From: a virus
Taxonomy: Duplodnaviria > Caudoviricetes
Reading direction: 5' to 3' (one strand)
Length of the DNA: 46,665 nt
IMG/VR virus record: IMGVR_UViG_3300022173_000056
Span: 1 to 46,665 of that record
The notes beneath the pieces were generated by a model. The model was not told the DNA's origin, searched no databases, and was given only the letters and a program-made list of their open reading frames with translations. Shown here piece after piece: positions 25,877-35,480 of this stretch. How positions within the stretch are numbered: the first letter of the stretch is position 1; the number at the start of each line of letters is the position of its first letter. The position numbers were made by a program, and so were the translations under genes.

Positions 25877-26551
25877 ATGAAAACTCAAACTCATGAGACC
25901 TATATCCGCGCGGTTGCTGCACTCGCAATTAAGATGGGTGACTTGAACCCAACTGAGCGGATGGAATTGCAAAGCATCAAGCTTGTATATGGTGCGGGAC
26001 CGGCAGGAACGCGGGGCGTGACTTACTACAATCGTTGGAAGCCAAACGCCGATAAGGTTGTTCCGTTTGTTGAGGTTTGTGCGTTCGGGCAGGAAAGCCT
26101 CGTTCAAGTATGCGGCACCACGATACATGAACTAGGTCACGTTCTGGCGGGTTGGGACGCGGGACACGGCAAAGGTTGGTCCGATGCCTGCAAGCGTCTG
26201 GGGCTTAGCAATATCCAAGCGGCTGGCACTGAATACGCTTGGGAGTGCTTCGCACCTAAGCTCCGGGCAAAGCTCGAAGCGCTTCCTGCCCCTATCGATG
26301 GCAACCCTAACGGCAAACCATTGGCAGGGCTTCCCGGTCTAGGTGTAACCCGGTTCGGCGGCTTGATCGGTACTCTCAAACCGTGCGGGGCTGGCGTCGG
26401 GACAAGGGGCGGAAAGAGCAGGGGCGTTGGCAGCGGATCGCGGTTGCGGTTGTTCCAATGCGGTTGCGAACGCCCGGTGAAAGTGCGGATCGCCGCCGAC
26501 ACTTTCGACGCAACGCACAACGTTTGCGCCAAACTCTTCCAGCGGGCTTAG
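25877..26551 (+). CDS. SprT-like zinc metalloprotease
   Basis: TIHELGH (HExxH), GHGKGW..C.RLG, C-terminal CGC..HNVC putative zinc site. Confidence 0.75.
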   Translation: MKTQTHETYIRAVAALAIKMGDLNPTERMELQSIKLVYGAGPAGTRGVTYYNRWKPNADKVVPFVEVCAFGQESLVQVCGTTIHELGHVLAGWDAGHGKGWSDACKRLGLSNIQAAGTEYAWECFAPKLRAKLEALPAPIDGNPNGKPLAGLPGLGVTRFGGLIGTLKPCGAGVGTRGGKSRGVGSGSRLRLFQCGCERPVKVRIAADTFDATHNVCAKLFQRA

Positions 26552-26570
26552 ATCGGCCCAACGGACAATA

Positions 26571-26593
26571 GCCGCCCTACGGGGCGGTTTTTT
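26571..26593 (+). terminator. Rho-independent terminator
   Basis: GCCGCCC-TACG-GGGCGGT followed by a T run. Confidence 0.85.
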
Positions 26594-27557
26594 GTTGCCT
26601 ATTCAATGGCTTAGCCGCCGTTCGGATCGACCGGGAACAAAAGGCGAAAACCGCGCCAGTGCGTTATTTTGCGCGATCCGATACCAAGGTCCGGAAAAGG
26701 GCCAAACGCGCCAGCGGGCTTCTAATTCGCTTTAAATGGCATTGCGCCCAGCGCATAGCTCACCGCGCTGCAGCGGGAACCAAGCTATGAACCGCGCCAA
26801 TTCCGCTTGCGGCGATACCGTGTTTAAACGCGCAGATAGGAGTGAACCGGCAGTGCGATCTTTCCAAGGAATGAATTGCTATTACAACTCAATACGGCCC
26901 TATTCGGATTATCCGAATATGTATCAAATCGGCCCTGTCAAGTCTTTTGTGAGGGGTGCGGCGTTTAGGCGCAGACGCATTTAGCGCTTGACAGGAATAT
27001 AATCCTCAACCTTGTTGATATGCAGATAGGAGCGCATTCCTATGTCAAGTCACAATCGCGTGATGTTGCATGGCACAATCACACTTCCGCCACAATTTCG
27101 ACACGAAAGCACCACAATTCGGCCTCAAAAAGGTCGATTTCCCCATGGGGCGGCCCGGCGCGGTGGCGGGAGCTTGGGGGACCCATGTGTTGTTCGTGGA
27201 GGTATTCGGGTATGATCGCGCTTTGTTAAGTAATTGAAAACAAAAGAGAAATCGCGATGTTCTCCCTTTGTCTTAGAGAGAAATATATAAAAAAAAATAG
27301 AAAACAAACAAACAACCTTGACAAGGAAGGAAGGATGTTTGTCGATTTATGTATCTAACGACCGCTTGCGGCTGCTGGGAAAACGCGGAAACAAACAAAC
27401 AACCTTGAAAGCGCAATTGTTCGTTTAAACGCGAAGGAAAAGCAGATCGCCGCGCCCTCGCTCCGCTCGGGCTGAGGTGGTATCAGCTTACCGAACTTGA
27501 CAAATGTGGCGCAAGTAGGGCATAACAGGGGCGGAAGTTAGCGCAGGAGCAAAAAAT
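26594..27557. other. About 1 kb non-coding control region (candidate origin and/or packaging terminus)
   Basis: No convincing ORF; several TTGACA hexamers on both strands, palindromes, a GC-rich tract, an A-rich tract and direct repeats. Confidence 0.55.
27302..27408 (+). repeat. 20-bp direct repeat AAACAAACAAACAACCTTGA x2
   Basis: Copies at 27302-27321 and 27389-27408, after an A-rich tract. Confidence 0.85.
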
Positions 27558-28661
27558 ATGGCCGAAACGGACCTATCGGGACCAAAGCTGTCTCGAAAGC
27601 CGAACAAGTTTAAGTTTCGCACGAGTGGAGAAGAAGAGTTGAAGCCACGGACAGGGCCGATCAGCATGGCAGACGTGGTGGAGACGAAGATCACATACCT
27701 CTGGCATCCGTATATCCCGTTCGGACGGGTCACTCTGCTTGGTGGCGACCCCGGAGCTGGGAAGACATTCATTACTGCGTATCTTGCAGCCACGCTCAGT
27801 AGAGGAGATACACTGCCGGGAGAGGACAGCACTGACAGAGAGCCGATGAACACGCTGCTGATCAGTGCTGAGGACGATATGGGAGATACACTTAAGCCCC
27901 GTTTGCGAAATCTGCGCGCTGATATGCGGAGAGTGTTCGTTGAGCCGAGAGCGATTGTACTAGATGACGATGGCATGGTCGCGATTGAGCAGATGATACG
28001 AGCGACGAAGGCTAAGCTGCTGGTGATTGATCCGATTGTCGCCTACTTCGGCAGCGGTAAGGACATGAACCGTGCGAATGATGTACGACCGGTGATGCAA
28101 GCGTTGAAAAACATGGCAGAGAAGCTGCAGATCGCGGTTGTAGTCGTCAGACACAACAGAAAGGCGAGTGCTGGCAGTCCAGAGGGGAAAAAAATCTACG
28201 CTGGCTATGGAAGTATCGACTTCACCGCAGCAGTTCGCAGTGAACTCGCAGTAGAAAAGGGAAGCGGCGACCGAAACTTCTTCTACCACATCAAAATGAA
28301 CAGCGGACCACTCGGCCAAGGGATAAAATACTACATCGAGAACATGCACGACGACACCGGGCTCTTCCACTGGGACGGCTTCATTGAAGTAAAGATGAAG
28401 AGCAACGGTAAAGGGATATCGATGAAGTTTAAGAACGAAGATGCGATACGCGGATGGCTCTTCGACCATCTTAAAGCATTCCCGGAAGGCGATCTGGTGA
28501 AGAATGTGTTCGCTGCGGGGATGTTAGCAGGTTATTCCCAGACCAAGCTCGAACATGTGAAGAAAGGTCTCGTGCAGTCGGTGAAGGTTGGCAAGGAGTG
28601 GATGTGGAAGCTGTCTCCGACAGCGCAGGTTGCTCACGATGATGACGGTGTGGTAGAGTAA
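27558..28661 (+). CDS. RepA-like / AAA_25 RecA-family helicase-ATPase
   Basis: GDPGAGKT, ISAEDD, LLVIDP, VRHNRK, GSIDFTAAVRS. Confidence 0.85.
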   Translation: MAETDLSGPKLSRKPNKFKFRTSGEEELKPRTGPISMADVVETKITYLWHPYIPFGRVTLLGGDPGAGKTFITAYLAATLSRGDTLPGEDSTDREPMNTLLISAEDDMGDTLKPRLRNLRADMRRVFVEPRAIVLDDDGMVAIEQMIRATKAKLLVIDPIVAYFGSGKDMNRANDVRPVMQALKNMAEKLQIAVVVVRHNRKASAGSPEGKKIYAGYGSIDFTAAVRSELAVEKGSGDRNFFYHIKMNSGPLGQGIKYYIENMHDDTGLFHWDGFIEVKMKSNGKGISMKFKNEDAIRGWLFDHLKAFPEGDLVKNVFAAGMLAGYSQTKLEHVKKGLVQSVKVGKEWMWKLSPTAQVAHDDDGVVE

Positions 28662-28665
28662 GCTC

Positions 28666-29439
28666 ATGGCAGACAGACCCAACAGAGAACGAGAGATGAA
28701 GCTCCCCGCCGTCGAGGTGAAAGGGCGCTGGTTCACGAAGTATGATCCCAGCATCGCACTAGATATCGTGGAGCGGATCGCAGATGGCGAGCTGTTGATC
28801 AAGATCACGGCGAAGGACGCGGTGCCAAAGACAATCACCAAGCAGACCTTCCTCCGCTGGGTCGCGACCGTGCCTGAGTTGTCCACCGCCTACTCAGCCG
28901 CCATGCAAATATCCGCCCACGCATTCGAGGAGAAGGCAATTGCGAAAGCAGAGAGTACGGCGGCGACCCCCGGCAGTCCACAGAACGTATCAGCAGCGAG
29001 CTTACTTATATCACAGTATCGATGGTCGGCGGCTCGTCGTAATCCAACACGGTACTCTGACAAAGGAAACACTCAGATTGTTGTCCCAATCAATATCAAC
29101 ACGACCCTCGATCTAGGTAATTCCAAACAGACCATCGACGTTGAGGTCCCCGACATCTACACGTTCTCGATCCCGGCTAAGGAGACTGCTGTTGAAGGAG
29201 AGTTCGAAGAAGTGGGCGCTGTACATGGAGAGCCAACTCCCGAAGCTCAACCGCTCGATACGGAGGCGAGCCAAGCAAAGCTTGCAGCGACTAAAGAACA
29301 GTTCAGAGCTATGCTCAAGCCCGACGAGCCTGTTATCGGCACCCAGCGGCAACCGCTCTTACACTCAGGCAACAAGGGTGGAGCCCCTAAAGGACCAAGG
29401 AAGCGAGTGCTAACACCCCGCACTCCAAAGGAAAAATAA
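28666..29439 (+). CDS. Terminase small subunit
   Basis: IVERIADGE HTH, TFLRWV, RWSAARRNPTRYSDK resemble Sf6/P22-type small terminases; upstream of the large subunit. Confidence 0.75.
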   Translation: MADRPNREREMKLPAVEVKGRWFTKYDPSIALDIVERIADGELLIKITAKDAVPKTITKQTFLRWVATVPELSTAYSAAMQISAHAFEEKAIAKAESTAATPGSPQNVSAASLLISQYRWSAARRNPTRYSDKGNTQIVVPININTTLDLGNSKQTIDVEVPDIYTFSIPAKETAVEGEFEEVGAVHGEPTPEAQPLDTEASQAKLAATKEQFRAMLKPDEPVIGTQRQPLLHSGNKGGAPKGPRKRVLTPRTPKEK

Positions 29440-29440
29440 C

Positions 29441-30226
29441 ATGGACAGTTTCTTCGATACGATCCAGCGCTTGTTGAGCGGCGGCAAAGACAGTACCACC
29501 GACGATCCCGGCTTTAATGTGGATCGCGGGCTGGATAAGAAACCAGAGCAAGGCACTCTCTCCGGTCTGCTCATGCACCCCGACACACTCATGCAGCGTC
29601 TCATGGGCGGGCAGAACAACAAGGACCCCGCCAACGTCACTGACGAGCAGGGGAACATCGTTGACTATCGCCCCGGAGGTAAGGACCCGCTGCCGCCATT
29701 AGGGCAAGAGGGTGTCAACCCCTTCGAGAGCTTGCTGTCAGGTAAGGGCAACGGTCCCGGCACTATCTCAGGCTTCATCGCCCGCATGTTATCGCCTCAG
29801 CGTGAGAGAGATGTGACGGAGCCAAGTTTCTCTGGCACTCCTACTGTCGGCGGTGGTGATAAGAATGCTGGCACACCCGGCACCGGAGTTGATCCTGCTC
29901 TCAACCCTGTGCGTACAAAGAACCAGCGCGTCCCCGGATTAGCCAGTACGGAAGTACAAGGCCCTCCTCCGCCTCCCGACTACGGAATGCCGAACGCTCT
30001 CGACCCTCAGCAGATCGAAGAGCTTCGCAAGAGCTTGCTTACACAGGCAGGACAGATGGACCCGAACAACCCGAACGGTCTCGCCGGTCGCATGGGCTCT
30101 CCCAATGCACCATCTGACATGGGCCGACAGGGACAGGAAGCGGTTGGCATAGCCGATAGCATCCGTGGCTTCGACGGTGTGAAGAAAGCAAAGATCAAGG
30201 CGACGGTAAATGACCCGAACCGTTAA
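29441..30226 (+). CDS. Hypothetical Gly/Pro-rich protein
   Basis: Low-complexity ORF; AAGGA RBS. Confidence 0.7.
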   Translation: MDSFFDTIQRLLSGGKDSTTDDPGFNVDRGLDKKPEQGTLSGLLMHPDTLMQRLMGGQNNKDPANVTDEQGNIVDYRPGGKDPLPPLGQEGVNPFESLLSGKGNGPGTISGFIARMLSPQRERDVTEPSFSGTPTVGGGDKNAGTPGTGVDPALNPVRTKNQRVPGLASTEVQGPPPPPDYGMPNALDPQQIEELRKSLLTQAGQMDPNNPNGLAGRMGSPNAPSDMGRQGQEAVGIADSIRGFDGVKKAKIKATVNDPNR

Positions 30227-30554
30227 GCGCAAGCTCCCACACGAGCGCTTCGTGGAAGTAGTCTGGAACGATGCAGCAAGCAATGAAGGCTGGGTCGAGC
30301 TAGACGCTGACACTGAGCCGATGCAGATCATCACGCGCGGCTGGCTGATAAAGGAGAACACCTCCTACCTCGTCCTCGCAGGCTCTCTCCAACTTGACAA
30401 CGCTAACACAGTAGGCTCTACTCAAATCATCCCCCTCGGCATGATTGTCTCGCGCCGTGAATTGAAAGTGACCAATGCCAGCAGCAAGCTTCGACATAAA
30501 CTTCATCCCGAACCCAGTGCAAAAGAAGTTCATCGAGAGCCGGGCAAAGGCTGA
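30210..30554 (+). CDS. Conserved hypothetical phage protein
   Basis: V.WNDA..GW..TRGWL..IIPLGMI motif pattern. Confidence 0.7.
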   Translation: MTRTVKRKLPHERFVEVVWNDAASNEGWVELDADTEPMQIITRGWLIKENTSYLVLAGSLQLDNANTVGSTQIIPLGMIVSRRELKVTNASSKLRHKLHPEPSAKEVHREPGKG

Positions 30555-31902
30555 CCTCTTCTCTTCGCGCATGGGTGAAGGCAAGTCTGCAGCTCTCGCA
30601 TGGTCTGCGTTCTACCACACTCGCCACAACCCCGGAGCGGAGTGGGCGCTCATCCGCGACACATGGGAGAACATGCAGGCGACCACGATGAAGACATTCT
30701 TCGAATGGTTTCCGCCCGGCCAAGCAGGAGAGTTTCATGCGACGAAGAAAGTATTCAAATGGGCAAGCGGACTTGCTCAAGGAGAAGTACAGTTCCTTGG
30801 TATGGATGATCCGCAAGATGCGTCCAAACTTATGTCGCGATCTCTCGCTGGCTTTGGCATCGACGAACCCGCCCCCGCCATCGGTAGTGGCGGCGTTGAC
30901 GAACTTATCTTTACTATTGGAATGTCCCGCCTTCGACAGAGCGGAATGAAGTGGTACAGTGCTAAGCTAGCGGAGAACAATCCTGATGAAAACCATTGGA
31001 CGTACAAGCAATTCGTTTCAGAGCGAAAAGATGGTTTCGTTACATGGCAGCCATCTAACCCAGAAAATTCCCTACATCTCCCTGCGAACTATTACGAAGG
31101 GCTTCGCCAAACATTCTCTCATCGTCCCGACTTGCTCCGAAGATTTGTGGATGGCGAATTTGGCTTCCAGCAACTGGGTAAGGCGGTCACACCCCAATGG
31201 AATGACAAGCTTCACTTGGCAACTGGCCTCGCGGTACTCCCCCGATCCGAAGTAGCCATCCTTTGGGACTTCGGGCACAACCCCACTGCTATCTTCACGC
31301 AGAAGACACCTCTCGGCCAATGGCTGATCCTCGACGCACTGGTCGGAGAGGGCATCGGAGCGGAAGAGCTGATCATCGACGCAGTGAAGCCGCTAGTAGC
31401 CGAACGATATAAACTCAACGCCCTTCGTCACATAGGCGATAACCAAGGAAACCAACGTGAGCAAACAAGCACTGCACGAAGCGCTGTCCAGTATATTAAA
31501 AAAGAACTTGGAGGATCGTGGCGATCTGGACCGATTGCAACTCACCTTAGAGTGGACCCCCTACAGGCAGTCCTTTCCCGGACAATTGGCGGACGTGGGC
31601 TCGTACAAGTTGACCGTGAACGGGCGAACAAGGTCTGGCAAGCGCTTCGAGGCGGCTGGCATTATCACATCGCGAGGAGTGGACTTATCGGGACTGAGCC
31701 AGTAAAGAACGAACACTCCCATCCCGGCGATGCTATGGGCTACGGTGCTGCGATCATCTTCCCGCTTGGCAAGATTAATGCGCCAAAATCCGGCCTCGGC
31801 GGGCAGGAGCCGAAGATTGCTGGCTACGGTAGCGGACGCCCATCCTTGCAAATAGGACGGGGACCCGGTAAGATGCCCCCGAAACATGGAGACCCATTAT
31901 GA
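30475..31902 (+). CDS. terL: Terminase large subunit
   Basis: PNPVQ, RMGEGKS Walker A, IDEP Walker B, NNP coupling motif, WDFG nuclease motif, HPGDAMGY. Confidence 0.92.
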   Translation: MPAASFDINFIPNPVQKKFIESRAKADLFSSRMGEGKSAALAWSAFYHTRHNPGAEWALIRDTWENMQATTMKTFFEWFPPGQAGEFHATKKVFKWASGLAQGEVQFLGMDDPQDASKLMSRSLAGFGIDEPAPAIGSGGVDELIFTIGMSRLRQSGMKWYSAKLAENNPDENHWTYKQFVSERKDGFVTWQPSNPENSLHLPANYYEGLRQTFSHRPDLLRRFVDGEFGFQQLGKAVTPQWNDKLHLATGLAVLPRSEVAILWDFGHNPTAIFTQKTPLGQWLILDALVGEGIGAEELIIDAVKPLVAERYKLNALRHIGDNQGNQREQTSTARSAVQYIKKELGGSWRSGPIATHLRVDPLQAVLSRTIGGRGLVQVDRERANKVWQALRGGWHYHIARSGLIGTEPVKNEHSHPGDAMGYGAAIIFPLGKINAPKSGLGGQEPKIAGYGSGRPSLQIGRGPGKMPPKHGDPL

Positions 31903-32042
31903 GCCCGCGAGAAGTCGATCTGCTCAGTGAAGATGGGGCAAAGGATTATCTCCGAGCCCTTATAGATGTATTAGATGAACTAGACGAAGAGGATTTCTTC
32001 GGTCCCGAAGGCTGGCGGCACCGGCTAAGATTGGAAGATTAA
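31899..32042 (+). CDS. 47-aa acidic hypothetical protein
   Basis: ATGA overlap with terL; DELDEEDFFGPEGW; not in the ORF track. Confidence 0.6.
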   Translation: MSPREVDLLSEDGAKDYLRALIDVLDELDEEDFFGPEGWRHRLRLED

Positions 32043-32043
32043 C

Positions 32044-32394
32044 ATGGCGAACCGAAACGTATCCTCATACTTTGGTGAAGATGGCTCTGTGAACCAGAGC
32101 TGGGCCGGTCTGCTTAACGGCGACAGCGGCAACCCGGCTGCGGTCCTCACTCGCGGCATCGGCTACACAATTCAAGCAACCGGCACCTTCGGCGCTGGCG
32201 GCTCCGTAGCACTCCACGGCTCCAACGACGGCGTGAACTATCTCGCGATGGATGATGCTGGTGGCACGACTATCGCAATGACCACCACGAAGATTTGGCG
32301 GATGGCGAACATGCCGAAGTTTGTTAAGCCCGTCGTAACTGCTGGTGATGGCACCACTGTCCTCGCCGTCGCAATGTTCGGGCACACTCGGTAA
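32044..32394 (+). CDS. Putative virion structural protein
   Basis: Beta-rich GTFGAGGSV.LHGSNDG pattern; precedes the portal. Confidence 0.55.
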   Translation: MANRNVSSYFGEDGSVNQSWAGLLNGDSGNPAAVLTRGIGYTIQATGTFGAGGSVALHGSNDGVNYLAMDDAGGTTIAMTTTKIWRMANMPKFVKPVVTAGDGTTVLAVAMFGHTR

Positions 32395-34259
32395 TGGAAA
32401 AGGACCGTGAGAGCGTTGCCAACGAGGCGACACAAGACAGTCAGGGCGGGGTAGACTTCGGCCAGCCGGTTAAGGAAGAGCCGAACGTAGACAAGCGGCT
32501 CGAAATCGTGTCGGCGCTGCAGGGATACTGGCAGGAAGCGAACGAGAACCGCCGCAGCGGTCTCAACCCTCGCGATGATAAGTGGCAGCAGAACCTCGAC
32601 CTTTACTGGAACCGCTATGACTTCTCGAATAAGGCGGCGTGGCAGGCACAAGAGAGTATGCCAGAGGTCCCCGGCTTCGTGGATCGCTTCGCGGCAGCGT
32701 TGAAAGAGGCACTTATCCAAACACCAACCGGCTTTTTCTCCGTCACAGACCCTGCTGATAAAGAAAACGACATGGCTCAGGCTATCAAACGTGTCATGGA
32801 CGTGTGGTTATCCACTGCTGGCCGCAACCAAGTCGGCCAAACCCTCCCATTCTCTGCTGTCTTCGAAGATCAGATGAAGATGGGAGCGCTTATGTCATCC
32901 GCTTCCATCACAACTTGGAAGAATGACGTAGAAGGTGGCCGTGTTGCGGTCGAAAGTATCGATCCGCGCATGGTTTGGCTCGATCATACTGGGCGAAATC
33001 TCTATCGCGTCCGTCGTATTGAACTCGACCGGCATGAACTTGCTGGTATGAAGGCGATGAAAGACGGTCGTGGAAAGGAAATCTTTGATGAATACGAACT
33101 CGCGAAGCTCGAAAGCTCGTTCTTCGACAAGCGTCTCGCAGACGAACAGCGTACTGGCACTGGTCAGAACGTTGCTTCGAACCGTCGCATCGTACAGCTT
33201 GACGAGTATATCGCTACTGTTATTGGGAACGACGGAACTGTACTGGCTGACCGCGCCCTTATGGTACTTGCCAATGGTCAGTACCTTATTCGCGGACCAG
33301 AAAAGAACCCGTTTTGGCATGGTAAGGATTGGCTCACCTATACGCCGCTGATCACCGCGCCGCTCTCCGTCTACGGACGCAGCTACATGGAGGATTTCGG
33401 TAGCGTAGCGAAAGCCTTCAACGATCTGACGAACATGATCTTAGATGCAGTACACACCTCGTCCCTCAACATGTTCGCGATGGTGCCTGAGATGCTGCTC
33501 AACCCGAACCAGATCGCAGAGGGCGCAACACCGAATAAAATCTTCCTACTCGAAGGCGGATATAAGGCGCAAGACTTTGCTTCCGAGATCACTCTCGGAA
33601 CTCTATCTGCTGACAGCGTGAAAGTTTGGCAGTCTATGAAAACGGAGCTTACGGAAGCTGCGAAGATGAATGAGGTTGGCCTTGGACAGTTTGCACCTAA
33701 TAGTCGAACATCTGCTACAGAGATCACTGAAACGCAGCAAAGCTCGTCCGCTCTTATTCGATCTGTGGCTCAAACGGTGGAGACGCGGCTCCTCGATCCG
33801 CAACTCGACCTTATCTGGAAAACGGGGATGCAACACGCCAGCCTCGACAACAAAATGCTAGCCGCCGCCGCAGGTGAAGAAATGTGGGGAGCGATGATTT
33901 CCAATCGTAAGGAAATGATCCGCCGACCGCTGACCTTCCAAGCTCGTGGTATCTCTTCCCTTATCGCTCGCAGTGCGCAGATGAAAGCACTTATGGGCGT
34001 ACTCGGCATCATGGCTCAGTCCGAAGTTCTCATGCAGGAGTTTCTGAAAAAAGCAGACCTTGATAAAGTCATCAATCTTATCTTCCAGCTCTCGGGCATC
34101 GACATTACCAAAGTCACAATGTCTGAGCGCGAGCGGATGATCAAGTCTCTCGCACAGCCGATGCAGCAAGCGGCTGGACCGGGCGGCGCTCCTGCTCCTG
34201 CAGACGCAGGCCAGCAGATGGTCGATCAGTCAGTGCAATCATTAGGGATTGGCAAATGA
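32394..34259 (+). CDS. Portal protein (podovirus type)
   Basis: 621 aa after terL; KNPFWHG, YGRS, RTSATEI motifs. Confidence 0.85.
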   Translation: MEKDRESVANEATQDSQGGVDFGQPVKEEPNVDKRLEIVSALQGYWQEANENRRSGLNPRDDKWQQNLDLYWNRYDFSNKAAWQAQESMPEVPGFVDRFAAALKEALIQTPTGFFSVTDPADKENDMAQAIKRVMDVWLSTAGRNQVGQTLPFSAVFEDQMKMGALMSSASITTWKNDVEGGRVAVESIDPRMVWLDHTGRNLYRVRRIELDRHELAGMKAMKDGRGKEIFDEYELAKLESSFFDKRLADEQRTGTGQNVASNRRIVQLDEYIATVIGNDGTVLADRALMVLANGQYLIRGPEKNPFWHGKDWLTYTPLITAPLSVYGRSYMEDFGSVAKAFNDLTNMILDAVHTSSLNMFAMVPEMLLNPNQIAEGATPNKIFLLEGGYKAQDFASEITLGTLSADSVKVWQSMKTELTEAAKMNEVGLGQFAPNSRTSATEITETQQSSSALIRSVAQTVETRLLDPQLDLIWKTGMQHASLDNKMLAAAAGEEMWGAMISNRKEMIRRPLTFQARGISSLIARSAQMKALMGVLGIMAQSEVLMQEFLKKADLDKVINLIFQLSGIDITKVTMSERERMIKSLAQPMQQAAGPGGAPAPADAGQQMVDQSVQSLGIGK

Positions 34260-34525
34260 AGGTAGAAGATTTAGCCGCGATGCGGATCGGTGTCGAGATG
34301 GACACCATCCGTCCTTACGTTGAAGCGGAAGTGAACGAGATGCAGAAGTTCGTTGTTAACACTGTCACCTCTCTCGTCAACGCGGGCACACTCACTCCTG
34401 AAATCGCTCTCGCCAAATGGATGGAGTACATCGCCTACCGCAAGCTCCTACAACGTTTCGATCACAAAATCAAGCATGGTGCGAGCTTAGGCGGGCACCA
34501 GAACATTGACATGAGTAAGCAATAG
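34256..34525 (+). CDS. Hypothetical protein (portal-scaffold intergene)
   Basis: ATGA coupling to the portal. Confidence 0.7.
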   Translation: MKVEDLAAMRIGVEMDTIRPYVEAEVNEMQKFVVNTVTSLVNAGTLTPEIALAKWMEYIAYRKLLQRFDHKIKHGASLGGHQNIDMSKQ

Positions 34526-34562
34526 TGCTAGGACTAAACTCTATCAACCGAGGAGAAGATTA

Positions 34563-35402
34563 ATGCCGATCTCAAAGAAACGCCGTAGCGAAGATACGCT
34601 TTTTGGCGATCAGCCCATGGCTCAGGTATTCCCTGATGTGGATGGTGAAGACAATCCGATTAAGGAAGCAGACCGTGTAGCAGAGCTTGAACAGGCTCTC
34701 AAAGATTTGCGTGACCAGCGTGAAGCTGATCGCGAGATGGACGCACTTCGCGGAAGCGGCCCGACGTTCCAGTCTCAGGTTACGCCGACCTATCAGGAAG
34801 TAGACCCCAACTCTATCGAGCTGCCCGATCCGGCTCTCGATCCGCAGGGATACGATGCGGCTGTTGGCAAGCGGACTGAAATCCGCATGGACAACAAGAC
34901 GAAGAAAGATGACTTCGAGCGCAAGCAAGCGGAAGATATCAAAAACAAAGTCAACTCGCTCTGGACGAACTTCGAAGATCAGTATCCGGAGTACGTTGGC
35001 GATGCTACGCTCAAAGAGCGAACAGAGATTGCTGCGAACTTCGTAATCAAAGCTGCTGTCGCAAAGGGAGTTGATGCTCAGAAGTATATGTTCGGCACAC
35101 AGAACCGTTTCCTCAAAGACGTTGCGAAGAAGTACGACGAAATCTTCGGCGCTCCGGAGGCTCTTGATGATGGTTACGAAGATGATCTCCCTGCTCGCAG
35201 TCGCACGGCTCGTGCTTCTGCTGCTCGCAATTCCAGCCGTCGCCAGCGGACGGAGGACGACGATGTGGCAAGAACGGGCGGGATATTCGGAGGCGATGCA
35301 GGCAGCGGACGGCGATCCAAACCAAAAGACGAAGATGAAAATGGACCCGGCGACATGATCGCAGATATCCAAAAGCTGCAGCGTAGCAGTGGTTTCTTCT
35401 GA
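34563..35402 (+). CDS. Capsid scaffolding protein
   Basis: Highly charged and helical; between portal and major capsid. Confidence 0.7.
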   Translation: MPISKKRRSEDTLFGDQPMAQVFPDVDGEDNPIKEADRVAELEQALKDLRDQREADREMDALRGSGPTFQSQVTPTYQEVDPNSIELPDPALDPQGYDAAVGKRTEIRMDNKTKKDDFERKQAEDIKNKVNSLWTNFEDQYPEYVGDATLKERTEIAANFVIKAAVAKGVDAQKYMFGTQNRFLKDVAKKYDEIFGAPEALDDGYEDDLPARSRTARASAARNSSRRQRTEDDDVARTGGIFGGDAGSGRRSKPKDEDENGPGDMIADIQKLQRSSGFF

Positions 35403-35455
35403 TGTTAGAATTTCTAATCTTCATCTTTATACTGTGGCTGGTGTTTGGCCACTAG
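35402..35455 (+). CDS. 17-aa hydrophobic micropeptide (MLEFLIFIFILWLVFGH)
   Basis: TGATG coupling to the scaffold stop. Confidence 0.35.
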   Translation: MLEFLIFIFILWLVFGH

Positions 35456-35480
35456 CGCGATCTGTGGAGCCGGTGAGGGG

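Noticed and set aside
26736-27307. Short ORFs in the control region
   Set aside because: No clear RBS, atypical composition, and they overlap regulatory repeats
19360-27430. GTTTAAAC array as a CRISPR array or integron attC sites
   Set aside because: Spacing is irregular, most sites are intragenic and only 12 bp; there is no cas operon or integrase, and the sites lack the attC RYYYAAC..GTTRRRY structure
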